Assembly: GCF_030684315.1 (NCBI RefSeq)
Contig: NC_081360.1
Location: 8,846,599-8,910,598, forward strand
Direction of reading: 5' to 3'
Length of the DNA: 64,000 bases
Origin: Stegostoma tigrinum
Lineage: Eukaryota
Shown: positions 39,161-52,645 of the stretch, in pieces
How positions within the stretch are numbered: the stretch's first letter is position 1
How the letters are laid out: every line of letters begins with the position of its first letter
The notes under the pieces: model-generated
What the model saw: the letters and a program-made list of their open reading frames with translations, nothing else
Databases searched by the model: none
What the model was told of the DNA's origin: nothing
Position numbers and translations under genes: made by a program

Positions 39161-40366
39161 CGCTTTACTCAGAATGAAGCTTTGGAGTTCTTCATCAAAG
39201 TGATGTGTGGAAGTTCAGCCTTTGAATATTTTTAAGGTGGAGTTTGATAGATTTCAGTTTACCAATGAAGCACAGGGTTATGATGTTGCTGTGATTAAAA
39301 TTAATTGAAATGTTCATTCAACAATGATTGTATTAAATAGCAGATCAGGCTTAAATGGGCTGAATGCCCTACTCCTGTTCCTGTGGATGACTTGACCCTA
39401 TTAAAGTGTTGCAATGAAGGCAATGTGCCTCTATTATTCTGAACTTTTTATTTCTTTATTTTTGTGGAATGAAATGCTGGACTTCTTACTTCTTTATTTT
39501 TCTAAATTCTTTTCCTTAAGAATTTGTACTCAACAATCTGTACTGACGGGCATCTTTTTACCTAAGTAAACTAAGTAGATTTGTAAGCTTTTCAATGTAC
39601 TCATCTGAGTACATGTCACCCATAAATCTAATTCTACGATTCTAAGTAGGGAGCAAATGGAAGGCTTATAGCATTGCACCTTCTCAAGTGTCACAATTTA
39701 CCTCAAAGTGGTCTATTTGATCTATTGGCGTGTTTAAGGGTTATATAAATCCTGTTGTTGAATATTCAGTGCTGGCTTGGAATGCTGGACATACCTGTGG
39801 GCATGTAAACATTTTCGGAAAGGTTCCGAAACTGATCCTAGATATCACATCTCCGAAGAGACACTGACACAATTAGACAAACAAGTGAATGTTTCCTTGC
39901 AAAATGGCAGGAAAAGACTGGCCTGGGCTTCACTAGACATTTCGTGAATCCCACCTCCCATTTCCAATATCTCTTACTAAAACCACACAAAATTAAATGA
40001 GAGATGGAATTAATAGACTACAGGACAGCCCAATCCCCTATTTATTAAACTCATGAATAGAATGTAAATGATTGACAATTTAATGAACTTAACACGGCAA
40101 CATATGATCTTATGGACATTAATAGAAAATGTGGATTGTAGTAGACATGTCATTTTTATTCCGTAAATTAAGGAGACCTGCAGTTTCCACAATCTTGAAC
40201 CGATAAGTGCATAGAAACATTCATTATAACGTGATCTTTTTATTATTTTATCCTTTATATTTATTTCAATGATAGTCTATAACTGTTATTAATTTTTGTG
40301 GCGTTTTATTTGTAATAACATCTCAACATGGCACCTGACATGATGATGATTTTTCAATGATACAAT

Positions 40367-40413
40367 CATCTATCCATTCATCTGTCCATGTATCTATCTA
40401 TCTATCTATCTAT
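40367..40413. repeat. (TCTA)n/(TCCA)n microsatellite
   Basis: tatctatctatctatctatcta. Confidence 0.9.
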
Positions 40414-40436
40414 GCATCAATCTAATCACTTTACCG

Positions 40437-40474
40437 ATGACTGAGAGTAGGCCAATGACGTACGCAGAAAGGGG
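40437..40474 (+). CDS. Candidate coding exon A of an uncharacterised small protein (MTESRPMTYAERG)
   Basis: ATG at 40437; strong donor GG|GTAAGT at 40475; phase 2 matches exon B. Confidence 0.4.
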
Positions 40475-40491
40475 GTAAGTTAAATTTGTAA

Positions 40492-40620
40492 AGATAGCAA
40501 GAACTGCAGATGCTGGAGCCAGAGATAACACAGTGTGGAGCTGGAGGAATACAGCAGGCCAGAAAGCATCAGAGGAACAGGAAAGTTGACATTTCGAAAC
40601 AGGACCTTCTTCAGAAAAAG
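40492..40620 (-). mobile_element. Solo pLTR mini-element with degenerate hammerhead
   Basis: gaactgcagatgctggag..cagcaggcc..; minus strand CTGAAGAaggtcctgtttcGAAAtgtc. Confidence 0.75.
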
Positions 40621-41199
40621 TGTATGTTTTTTTCTGGACAGAACATACCTAGGCAATTTTGCACCTTGTTGGGTAGGTGTTACAGCTGTCCTGGGGCAGT
40701 TTAGCCCAGAGCACATCTCATTTTTGTACACAGGGCGGGGCTTTTCCTATGGGGGTCGGTTCCTTCTCCGCCGTTGCAAGAGTTGGCAGGAAATGTATCC
40801 CAGCCAATCAAGGCAGTCTTCCAGCCATTAAGAGATGGGATCTTTGGTTCCTCACTCAAGTTGAGGTCCTGACTCAAGGAGCCTCTGATTACCCTGATTG
40901 GCCAGCAGTGCTTCAGCCTCACCAGCGCCACCTTCAGGAATGCTGGGACTGGAATTACAAATGCTCCCTGTTCTAAATCCCTAGACTTCAGGACCTAGTA
41001 AATGTGAATGTAATTGGGTGGGGTGGTGGACAGCAGTGAGGCACCACCTGAATTTGAGGGGGGGCGCTCTTGTGGGAGATGCCTTTTGTGCCTGCTCCTG
41101 TTTTCTACGTTTCGAGGAGCAAGATGACCTGCTAGGTTTTCCAGGCCCCTGAACTGCTCCCAGCCTCAGTGGGGGCTACCAGAATTCCAAATACCAGTC

Positions 41200-42245
41200 T
41201 TCAGTTAGTGAGGGCAAGAGTGACGGAGGAGAGAGAGAGAGACTATGAGTGAGAGACGGAGAGAGTGTGTGAGTGAAAGAGTGAGCGAGAGAGCATGTGA
41301 ATGAGGGAGGGTGTGTGTGAATGAGGGAAGGTGTGCATGGGTGAGGGAGGGAGAAAGAGAATGCGTGGAAGGGAAGAGAAAGTGCAGGTGAGCGAGTAAG
41401 GGACTGATGAGTGAAGGAGAGAGTAACAGTGAAGGAGGAAGAAAATGTGTGAGTGAAGGAGACAGCATGTAAGTAAGGGAGGTAGTCAGCAAGTGAGGGT
41501 GCGAGAGGAAAATTGATAACAGGCAGAGCATGACAAGCGAATGAAGAGGGAGTATAGTAAATGAGGGAAAGAGAGAATGAGTGAGTAAGTGCGAAAGGAG
41601 TGTTTGAATGAGGGAGGGAGGGAGAGTTTGTGAGGGAAGGAGAGAGAGTGAGAGAGGTAGTGTGATGAGGGAGGGAGAGTGTCAATGAAGGAGGGAGACT
41701 GTGTCTGGATGAGGGCGTGAATGTGTGTGAGTGAGTAAGGCAAGGAGAGACTAAGTGCGGAAAAAGTGTTTGAATGAGGGAGAGAGTGAGATGGGTAGTG
41801 CATCAGTGATAGAGAGGGTGTGTGAAGGATGGATTGTGTAAGGGAGGAAGAGAAAGTGTGGGTGAGGGAGGGAGTGAGAGAGGAAGGAGTGTGTTAGTGA
41901 GGGAAGGAGAGGGTGTGAGGGAGGAACTGTGTGAGGGAGAGAAAGAGGGTGTGAGGGGGTGAGAATAGGAGAGGATGTGTGAGTGACAGAGCGAGAGAGC
42001 GACAGAGGAAGGAGTGTGTTACTGAGGGAGGAAGAAAATGCGTGAGGGAGAGAGAGAGAGAGACAGGGCATGAGGGAGTGAATGACCGAGAAGAGGAGAG
42101 CATGTGTGAGTAAAGGAGGGGGAAAGGGGGTGTGAGAAGGAGAGGATGTGAGTGAGGATGGACAGTTGTCAGGGGATGATGCACAGAGAGTATGTGAGTG
42201 AGAAAGGAAGGAAAAGTGAGGTGTGAATGATGGAAGGTGGGCAGG
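41200..42245. repeat. About 1 kb purine-rich (GA/GT) low-complexity tract
   Basis: gagagtgtgtgagtga and gagggaggga motifs; very few C on the + strand. Confidence 0.9.
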
Positions 42246-42709
42246 GTAAGTCTGAAACCTGTTGGAGAACCAAACACAGTCACACATCATTCTCTTCCTA
42301 CTCCGAAGCCCTATCCACACAGCAGTCCAGGAGGAGAGCAAAGCCCAGGGTGAAAGGATGTAACTGCTACTTTCAACTAGCTTCCACTGAGCTTGAAGGG
42401 TGCATCACCAGAGGTAAACACAAGGACAATGCTAGTTAAACCCAACTCCTACATTCAGCCCTGGCTCCCATCCCCTTTCCCAGTGATCAGGGCTTGAAGC
42501 CTAGCTGTCTCTCTCCAGCATGCTTTTTAATGAAAAAGATGAAAAAAAAATGCTTTTCATAACTAACTGTGCTGGTTAGCAACACTTAATGACCCTCTTT
42601 TTAATTAGTGACACATTGAAATGATTGTTTTGATGCTTTCAAATTATTTTTCTGAATTGCACGTTCAGTGTTGCAGCAAACCTCATTTCTCTGAAATGTT
42701 CTTTCTTAG

Positions 42710-42760
42710 TGACAGCACCACACTGAAAAAAATGAGAGAAAATCGAAATGTGGACCAAAG
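42710..42760 (+). CDS. Candidate exon B (DSTTLKKMRENRNVDQ), 51 nt, phase 2-2
   Basis: Acceptor gttctttcttag, donor AAG|GTGAAA, open frame, unique sequence. Confidence 0.55.
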
Positions 42761-42944
42761 GTGAAAAGTTTGGACAATCTGATACAAAGGTGCTAGAGAG
42801 AGTGCAGGGAAGAGTTACAGGGACAATACCCGAAAATGTGTGCATTTACATTTAATGTAGTAGAGGTAAGGGAATAATTAAGGAGACTGATACCATTTTC
42901 TGCAGTCAGTCCGCAAGGCTCTGCCTGTTCACAGCCACAGTTAA

Positions 42945-43312
42945 GGACATAGAATCATAGACCAGACACTTCAGTCCAACTTGTCCATGTCAACTAAATA
43001 TCCTAAAGTAATCTCGTTCCATTTGCCAGCATTTAGCCCATATCTCTGCAAACCCTTCCTATTCTTATAGCCATCCAGATGCCTTTTAAATGTTGTAATT
43101 GTACCCACCTCCATGACTGCCTCTGGCAGCTCATTCCATACACGCACCACCTTGTGCGAGGTAAAAGTTATCCCTTAGGTCCCTTTTATATCTTTCCCCT
43201 CTCACCTTAAGCCAATGCCCTCTAGTTTTGGACTTGGCTACCCTGGGAAAAAAGACCTTGGCTATTTACTCTATCCACGCTCCACAAGATTTTATAAACC
43301 TCTATAAGGTAT
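42945..43312 (-). mobile_element. CR1 LINE 3' end
   Basis: catagaatcatag tail; tctggcagctcattcca; tctcaccttaagccaatgccctctagt. Confidence 0.85.
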
Positions 43313-43404
43313 AAAGAAGAACTTGCAGGGGGAAGGAAGGTCAAGTTCACATCATTCATGACATTTGTAGGACTAGAAAGGGGCTTCTGCTGAAAGATTT
43401 TGAA

Positions 43405-44702
43405 CAGTCAGGAGTAGTGGTGTGCCACAGGGATCAGTGCTGGACCACAATTATCTGCAAAGTATATTAATAACTTGGATGAAGAAAGCAAATGTACTAT
43501 GACCAAGTTTGTGGATGATGTAGAATAGGTGGGAAGGCAAATGGCAATGATGACACAAAGACTCTGCAGAGGGATAAAGAAAGATGAAATGAGTTGGCAG
43601 ATAGAATATATGGAAAAATGTTAGATGATGCGCTTTGGCAGAAAGAATAGAGGAGCTGAACATCATTTAAGTGCAGAAAGATTGCAGAAAGCTACAGCAC
43701 AGAAGGATTTGAAAATCCTCATGCATAAATGACAAAAAAAACTAGAATCCAAGTTCAGCAAACAATAAGGAAGGCAAGTGGGACATTGGCCTTAATTCAG
43801 AGAGAAAATAATATAAAAACTGTAATTTGCTGGACAGTGACTGAATGGTTAACACTGCTGTCTCACAGTGCCAGGGACTGGGGTTTGATTCTACCCTTGG
43901 GCAACTTTAGGTGTCGTGTTTGCATGTCCTCCCCCGTGTCTGCATGGGATTCCTCCCAAAGATGTGCAGGTTGGGTGGATTGGCCAAACTAAATTGCCCC
44001 AGAGATGTGCAGGCTGGGTGGTTTAGCCACAGGAATTGTGGGTTCATAAGGCATTGGGTCTGGATGAGATGCTCTATGGAGGGTCGATTGAAGACTTGAT
44101 TGGCTGAGTAGCCTCTTTCTGCATTGTAGGGACTATTCTATTCTATGATCTCCACTTGACACTGGTCAGATTACAGCTGAAATACTGTGAACAGTTTTGG
44201 GTCCCTTACCTAAGGAAATATAAACTGACATTGGAGGCAGTGAAATTTCACTAGAATGCTTCTGGATATGGAGGCATTGTCGAATGATACTCACATATTC
44301 TTTGGAAATTAGAAGAATGAGAGGTGACCTTATTGAAACATACAAGATTCTTGAGTGACTTTGAGAGGGTGAACGCTGATAGTTAGTCTCCCCTTAAAGG
44401 AAAGTCAAGGACCAGAGGGTGCCATCTCAGAGTAGCGAAATCACACATTTAAGACAACGGTGGGGAGGAATTTCTCCCTGAGAGGGTAGTGAATTCCTAA
44501 CCACAGAGGGATATCGAGGCTGGGTTATCTAAATGTATTTAAAACTGTGATAGGCAGATTTTTAATCAGTAAGGCAATCAAGGGATATGGGGAAAAGGCA
44601 TGAAAATGGAGTAGAAGATTATCTAAAAGCCATGATCTCATTAAATGGCATGATAGACTGACAGGCCAAAGACCCTATTTATGCTCTTCTGACTTATGAT
44701 CT
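43405..44702 (+). mobile_element. CR1 LINE 3' fragment with nested HE1 SINE (about 43830-44150)
   Basis: ggtgtgccacagggatcagtgctgg (GVPQGSVL), aagtttgtggatgat; SINE core cctcccaaagatgtgcagg. Confidence 0.85.
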
Positions 44703-45234
44703 AATTCAAACGATTGACAGTTTGGTCCCATTCTTGAAAGGAAAAGTCTGAAGTGTCACCTATTAGTAGTTTTTAAAACTCTGAAATGATTCAACAGCGT
44801 GGATGCCTCTCATGGGGGATGCTCAGCACTAAAAGCCATGTATATAACTTAGTCACTAAGAACCCAAAGTGCTATACATAAGAAACAAATTTACCTCAGC
44901 TTCTCTGGCAACTTTGTTTTTGTTCCTGATTTACAGCATCTGGAGTGCTTTCAGCTTATAACTCTATCTCAGTGAGTGGTTGAAGCCAACGTTTTTGATG
45001 CATTGAAGAGGAAGCTAGTTGTGCAGTGGGAAGTCAAAATGGAGAGTTACAGCTATGTGTTCAAATGAGGAAAAGCACGGGAAGTGACTTCTGTGAAGCA
45101 CAAAAACTGACTTAGACTAATAGAGTGAAATTGTTTGTTCCCCTGTGTTGCAACTGATGTAATCTTAGGTGAGAATGTTGTGTGATATTTCACCAGATTT
45201 CTTTTTTCAGATTTCTTCACCCAGTCGCCAGTCT

Positions 45235-45530
45235 CTTGCATCCCGTGATCTCTACCGTCTCAAAGGACAAAGGCAGCAGATACATGGGAACTCTGCTCCT
45301 TGCAATTCTCCCTAGAAGCAACATACCACCTTGACTTGGAAATGTATGACTGATTTTTTTTCACTGTCACTGGATCAAGGTGCTGGAACACCCTCCTTAG
45401 CAGCACTGTGAGTACACCCACATCTTGAAGACTGCAGTGGTTCAAGAAGGCAGCAATTCTCAGGGGCAATTAGGGATGAGCAATAAACACTAGCCAGTGA
45501 CACCCACATCTCATGAATGAATAAAAAAAG
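45235..45530 (+). mobile_element. Second LINE family 3' end
   Basis: gactgcagtggttcaagaaggcagc..caataaa..catgaatgaataaaaaa. Confidence 0.75.
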
Positions 45531-46404
45531 TTAAGAATGGAAAGCTCACATTAGATATTGAGAATGCAACACATTGGGAAGCCCAGCGGTGAATAGAAAG
45601 CTCAAAAGTGCAATTGAAAAGGAAATTCAGAAAGCAATGGCAGGTCGTGAAAAAATAAAAGCCAGTAATAATAAGAAAAGCACAAAGATATTTTATCACC
45701 GTAGGAAGGGCAAGATGATATCAAGGGAAAATACTGGGCTGTGTGTGGATGTGGAAGAAAATTGCACAATTCTTGATGACATTCCATGTGTCTTCAAGAA
45801 GGTACAGACAGTATCGTTGAGGATGAGGATATTGACTTCATAAACATATAGAAAGATGAACTATTAAGGGGCTAGGCACCTTTGAAAGTGGATAATCATC
45901 AGACCTGGATTAATGCATTTCCATTCGGAAAAAGCAAGTAGAGATATTGTGAGGCACTCTGATCAAATCAGTCTCCTTATGACTTGGAGACTGCTAGCAT
46001 TGCATTTGTTGTTGCAAAAAGGAAGGAATGGCTAGACCAAGCAATTAGAAAAGGATTGGTCTATCGTCATTGCTGGGAATGAAATTGGAAAGACTTCTGA
46101 GGGCCAGTATAAAGTATATCGGGACCATATGAACCATTTAGAATTGTTCAAATTCATCAAGAACAATCAGAATGGACTTGTTAAGGAAAAGCCAAACCTG
46201 GCTGGCAATGATTTTTCTGAAGAGTTAAAGAGGTGTGATGATAATGATTGGACCATTCAGTGCTGCCTTGGGAGAGTGAACATAAAATATTGTGAAGGCT
46301 TGTATTGCAAACATTCAATTCATGGCTTGTATATAATTTTTAATTTAATGTGATTTATTTATTTATCTACTTATTGTTACGTATATTTTATTACAAACTA
46401 AAAG

Positions 46405-46533
46405 GTTGACAGTAGAAAAAACGATAACTGCAATTGAAGCATGCGGAAGAAATATTAGTAAATTTGGAGCCATGTTTCTTCAAGAGGTTAACTGCTGGAC
46501 AGATATAATTACAAGTAGCCGGTTACTTGCTGA
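46405..46533 (+). CDS. Candidate exon C (LTVEKTITAIEACGRNISKFGAMFLQEVNCWTDIITSSRLLA)
   Basis: Unique sequence with a protein-like open frame; acceptor ..actaaaag (weak pyrimidine tract) in phase 2 with exon B; donor either GA|GTTGGT (exon end 46533) or TTG|GTAGGC (exon end 46537). Confidence 0.55.
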
Positions 46534-48559
46534 GTTGGTAGGCATATTGCTTGTAATAATGACAGGCCACAGAGATTGTTTGTTTTCGAAGCTAAAACCT
46601 GTTTACTCATAAATATTCAGTGAACTCTAAAAGGCAATAAAACCCATTTAATTTAACAGACTTCCAAGAAGAAATTGTAGATATAAATTATAACTTAAAA
46701 GTGAAGTTCAGGACAGCCAGGAGCAGGCTGCATCATCATGGAGATGGGTTACGTTTAACAAGTTTCCTTGGTTTCAACCTATCTAAGAGTCTGTTTGCTG
46801 TGACAGGGAATTGTTGCAGTTGGGACTCAGTGTCATGAAGTGGTAGCTCCATGCAAGAAATCAAAGAAGTATAGAGATAAAATGAAGCCTTTGGTGTTAC
46901 TGATAATTCAATGTAGGCACGAGTGGGGTGCAATAAGCCTACACACTGTGCTTGCTTGATGAAATTGTGAACACTTAAAACTTAGAGAAATTCAATGGCA
47001 ACTTGGTGAAGCTGGTTGTTTGATAAAAACCGATGTTATGCCAATAATCAGATGCTCAGGAGCAGTCTAGGGAGTCCTGGAGAAGTCAGTCTTGATAGGA
47101 GAGATTAAACAACCAAGACATGAGCAGAGATTGAGGCAGTCTAAGTTAGAGTATTTTTGACAGCATTATAAGGCTGAAACATAGATCATAAAAAGTAGAA
47201 TGAGAATCACTTATGAAAGAGACAAAGTAGTCAATGAGATTTGGTGACCTAGTAGTAGAAATGTTTGGAGGGTTCTATCTTGACCATATTGACCACTTAT
47301 AATATCATCTGTGGGGCATTCAATCACAGTTTGTCTGTTAATTCCTGCCTCATGTTAATCCTGATTGTTGAAGAGTTTAAGTTTTTTTACATATGTAATG
47401 TATACAGATCACAGCCATTGCTGTACCGATCCAACATACCTATTAGTCACTCTTACTTGTGTTTGTTTTGTACAAATTTGTATAGTAAAGCATCTTTTGG
47501 AATTTTAATGCTGCTCCAGAAGTCTGTCATTTATTATTTTATCCTTGATTTTTCAACGGATTGTATTCATTTCAAGATTATGATCTAGAAAGCTGAATCA
47601 AGACTTGGCTTCTGCAGGAAACTCGAAACTGGTATCAGAGCAGAGGGTACATAGTGTAGAGGTCAGATTATCTAGCATATTCAAGGCTGAGTTGAGAGTT
47701 TTTTGACTGACAAGGGAATTAGAGGTAATGTAACAGTGCTCAGAGTACGGGGTAAGTAGGAAATTTCACTCTCATAGTCCCCAAAACACCTCATTGGGGT
47801 GACCAACAAGAGAAATGTTACCCCCAATCATAGATGTGCTCTCTCATCCAATCCAAACACTCGTGAGTCTATTGCTATCACATTGCAGCTTATGATTGGA
47901 GGAGAAGTTAGGAAGCTGTCTGGCTGTGGTGAGTGTGTTGATGCAATTACAATCAGTTTCAGGAATGGCCAGAAGTCACAACGGAATATGCTATCAACTG
48001 CAACCTGCGGGTGCCCCATACAAATCCAGGTGGCATTGCAGAGGTAGTGCTGCCAGCTGAAGAGATGAGGGTGGAGAATAAAGAGACTTGTTTTGGGTGT
48101 GGAGAGGGGAAACAGGTGAACTGCAAGGGAGGACAGTGTGAATGTGTCCAATCTGGGGGAAGAATGAGTGTACAAAGATAAAACAAAACAGTTTCAACCT
48201 TGTTATGAAAGGAGTACACAGCTAATAAGAGCCATGAAAAGATAAACTCATGTAATTTTTCAAAAATTAATATGGATTCTTTGCCTTAAAATTGCATAGG
48301 TGCAGGAGATACTGAATGTGAGAAATGTCATGGATGTTATTTGAACAAACTGTGTCATGTAAAATTGAAGGCTAAAATTGGGATCTGAGATGCAGTAAAA
48401 ATAGTGGTAATTGTCCATTTAAATTCTAGCTTGGTGCAAGTAAAATGGGGAACCTTAGTTGGTTTGTAGAAGGTGCATGTGAGGATTTATTTTAACGCAG
48501 CTCATTTTAAATATCTTGCATCGTTAATTTATATCTGTTGTCTTTTGCCAGATTACGTA

Positions 48560-49592
48560 GACTCATAGAGTTATACAGCACGGAAACAGAATCTTCAGTC
48601 CAACTAGTCCATGCTGACCATAGTCTCAAACTAAACTAGTCCCGTTTGCCTGCAGTTGACCCATTTCCCACCAAACATTTTTTATTCACGAACTTATCCA
48701 AATGTCTTTTAAATGTTGTAACTGTACCCACATCCATCATTTCCTCTGGAAGTTCATTCCACACTTGAACCACTCTCTGCGTAAGATAATTGCACCAAGG
48801 CCTTTGTAAAATCTTTCTCCTGTCACCTTAAAATATGCCCCAAGTCTTGAAATCCCTAACCCTAGGGAAAAGACACTTGCCGTTCACTGTATTTATGCCC
48901 CTCATGATTTTATAAACCTCATTAAGGTCACCTCTCAAGCTCTTACATTCCAGTAAAGAAAGTTCCAACCTATCGAACCTCTCCTTTTAACTCAAGCTCT
49001 CTATCCCCGGCAATACTCTGGTATATCTCTTCTAACCCTCTCAGTTATTAATATCCTTCCTAAAACAGGGCAACCATAACTGGACACAGAAGAGGCCTCA
49101 TCAATAATGCCTTGTACAACTTCAACATAGTGTTCTCAACTCCAATTCTCAAAGCTCTGAGCAATGAAGGCAAGTGTGCTAAACGCTTTCTTAACTCTAT
49201 ATCTGATGCAAGCTTCAAAGAATCATGGATCTGAATCCCTAGTTGTCTACAACACTACCTAAGACCCTACTTTTCATTGTATAAGCCTTGCCTTTGTTTG
49301 TTTTACAAAATGCAGCATCTCACATTTATCCAAATTAAACTCCATCTGCCACTCTTCAGCCGGCTGACCCAATTGATCAAAATTTTTTGATATCTTAGAT
49401 AACCTTCTTCACTGTACACTACACCACCAACTCTGGTGTAATCCGCAAGCATACTAGCCCCGCTTTCTGCATTACCATCTAAGTCACTTTTACAAATGAC
49501 CAACAAAACAGGACCCAGCACCAATCCCTGTGGAATACTGCTGGTCACAGGCCTCCGGTCTGAAAAACAGCAGCCCACCATCACCCTCTGTC
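48560..49592 (-). mobile_element. CR1 LINE 3' part
   Basis: PVTSSIPQGLVLGP, MLADYT; tail catagagttatacagcacggaaacag. Confidence 0.9.
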
Positions 49593-50379
49593 TGTGTTGT
49601 CCAGGAAATTAATGCTTTCCTCGTGTGATATGACTTTAAATTAAAGGTCTGTTAAGTGATGACGTTGATGAATTCTTCTAATTGTACTTGCATGAATCTA
49701 AATACTCCATGTGTCAAACACAAAATGTCATTACTGCATGCCTGAATCGCTGAATCTATGAATTTAAGAGAATAACAAAAGGAATCCCTGAACCACAAAT
49801 AAAAGGCTCTGAAAATCAAAAAATTGGCCCTCAAGAAAATCTCAAAAAGAGCACTGGGCAGATAAATTGAATCTTGCTATGGGACACAGGCAAAAATATT
49901 AAAATTAAGATTGTGATATAGATCAGGTCAAGTGGTAAAACAGGCTCATTGGGCTGAAAGGCTGTTTCTCAGCCAGTTACACACAATCTTATGAATTTAA
50001 CAAAGTTTTCGACAAGATTTGACATGAAAGACATGTTGGAAAAGAAAAAGCTATGAGAAAATGGCAAGTTGAATGCAGCCTCTGCTCAGTGGCAGGAAGC
50101 AAACGGGACCTGATGACTTTCTGACTGGAAGGGCAGACTACCTGGTTTTTGCTGTTTGTGGTATGCATTGATGATTTAGACTTAAATGTAGGGCTCATGG
50201 TTGTAAAGTTCACAAATGATTAAAAGAATTGATTTGCAATTGAGAATGAGAAAAGAAGCTAGAGACTGGAGAAAGTTATCAATGGACTGAGAGTCAGGGA
50301 TTCGTTTGTGAGGGTGGTAGATAAGGATTTCTGCGTTCATTAATGTGATACCAGGAAGGCATGTGTTAGGAGTTTGGAA

Positions 50380-51880
50380 CAGCTGCAGAGCATTCTTAAG
50401 GAGCAAGTTGAACAGCTAGAAGTCATGGCCCATGTTGGGCCACTGTAATAGGAAGAAAGGGAATTGAGGTCCTGTAAGCAGACTTTAGTGAGTTAGGTAG
50501 AAAGTTGAAAACTGGGCTTCAAAAGGTAGTAACCTCTAGATTACTCCCAATGCTGCACAGCCATGAAAGTAAAACTAGAAGGATAGAGCAGATGGGTTCA
50601 TGGCTAGAGAGATGGCAGACGAGGAGGGCTTTAGATTCCTGAGGGATGTGGACCATTTCTAGGGGAGGTGGCACTTGTACAAGTTAGATAGGTTACATCT
50701 GAACAGGAATAGGACCAACATCCTCATGGGGAGGTTTACTAATATTGTTGGGAGGATTTAAATGAGATTGGCATGGTTTTGGAACCCTGACACATAGTTC
50801 AAAGGGGAGAGAAAATGAGATGGGGTCAGAAGTTAAATCATGAGTAAGTGGAGACAGAGGAAAGCCAGACTAGATAAGAGGGAGGCGAATTCCACAAATC
50901 GAAATGCAATAAATTTTCATGCAAAGACCTTGCGGAATTAGGCAGACAAGCCAAGGGATATATGAGAATATGACAACACAGCTATTTCTGAAAAATGGGC
51001 AGGATTGACAGTTCAACATTTTCCTGCTTATAGGGTATTCAGACAAGTTAGGGAGATTGACAGAAGAGAGGGGTTGTTGCCGTAGTAATAAAAGAATCAA
51101 TTATATCAGTGAGGGGGATGACATCTTGGAAGGATGATCAAATATGGGTTGATGTAAAAACACAAAAGGGGAAAATATTCTCTTGGGAGGCATACTCTTT
51201 GCCGTTAACAGTTAAGGAAAGATGGGGGATCAAATACATTATCAAATATCAGAGAAGAGTAACAATAATGAGGCAAAAATAAGATGGGATTTTAACAACG
51301 CAAATATTAACTTAGTTAGTTTTAATGTGTAAAGTAGGGAAGAAACAAAATTCTTGCACTGCATCCAGAAAAGCCTTTTCTTGACAGTCAGTAGGCAGCC
51401 CAGCAAGGAATGAGCAGTTCTGGACCTAATATACTGAAATTACTTTGGGTAAGTGGAAAGAATATCAACAGGGAGAATTTTAGTGATAGTGATCATAACT
51501 GTTAGAATTGGGATAATTTTGGAAAGGGATAAGAGTACGCCAGTGAGAAAAATTAGGGAAAAACTAGTTTTTCTAAGATAAGATCCAATTTGACCAAGTG
51601 GACTGGAAGTAGCTACTTGCTGATAAACTGTGACATAGCAGTGGAAGGTATATAAAGTAGAAATAGCAAGTATGTTCCCATTAAGCCAAAGAGAGGAGAC
51701 CAAGATCAGAGATCAATGGATGTCAAGGGCCATAAAGGGTAAGATTAAAAAATAAAGAGAAACTCATGACAGGTACTGAGGGGTCAACATGACAGATCCC
51801 CCAAAGCAGTATTAAAAGTACAAGGGGGAGGGGGCATCTTTAAAAATGACATTAGGAAATTTTATATATATTATTAGGAA
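50380..51880 (+). mobile_element. Old CR1 LINE ORF1/APE fragment
   Basis: Colinear with 2990-4500 and 55400-57060; no long ORFs remain. Confidence 0.7.
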
Positions 51881-52414
51881 TTAATTATATATCGAGAAAA
51901 GCAGTGGTCCTTGTTCCAACCTTGAGAAACACTCTTGTATACTATCCTCCAGTCCAGAAGACAACCACCACTCTCTGTCTCGTGTTACTCAGTTAGCAAT
52001 GTGTCCATGATGTCATTGTCAACTTCAACTTCACTGGTAAGTCTATTATGGTGGCACTATTTCAAAAACCCTTTGAAAATCCATATACACCTCACCTACT
52101 ACATTACTTGTATCAACCCGCTCTGTTACCTCATCAAAGAATTGAATTTACTCAAGTAAACACAATACATCTTTAACCAGTCTGTGCTGGTTTTCTTTAA
52201 TTAACTCACATTCATCCAAGTGGCCGTTAATTATGTACTGGATTACCGTTTTTAAAAGGTTTTCTATCACCAAAGTTAAATCACTAGTCTGTAGTTTGTT
52301 TGAATTATTCTTCCTCCTTTTCTTTTAGATTCTCCAGTTGTCTGGCGTCATTCATACATCCAAGGAGGATGATGGCAGTGGGTCGAGAGCAACACTGTGA
52401 GTCTGCAGTCAGCT

Positions 52415-52645
52415 CTTTGATCCTGTCCTCTTGTGACTGTCAGCGTGGAGTTTGCACATTCTCCCTATGTCTGCATGGGTTTCCTCCAGGTAATCTGGTT
52501 TCCTCCCACAGTCCAAAGATGCGCAGGTTAGGTAGCTTGGCCGTGATGAGTTGCCCATAAGGTCATTGGATGTGCAGACTAGGTGGATTAGCCATGGGGA
52601 ATGCAGGGTTACGGAGATGGGGTCAGGGGTGGGTCTGAGTGAGAT
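52415..52645 (+). mobile_element. HE1-like SINE (5'-truncated)
   Basis: ggtttcctcccacagtccaaagatgcgcagg core. Confidence 0.8.

Noticed and set aside
40450-40463. CCAAT box overlapping a CRE-like TGACGTA
   Set aside because: Short motifs within candidate exon A; cannot be distinguished from chance
41176-42341. Long S/H/L/T-rich ORFs of up to 196 aa
   Set aside because: Stop-poor low-complexity DNA, not protein-like
49635-49755. C/D-box snoRNA-like GTGATGA...CTGA
   Set aside because: No terminal stem or recognisable rRNA guide; such motifs are expected by chance
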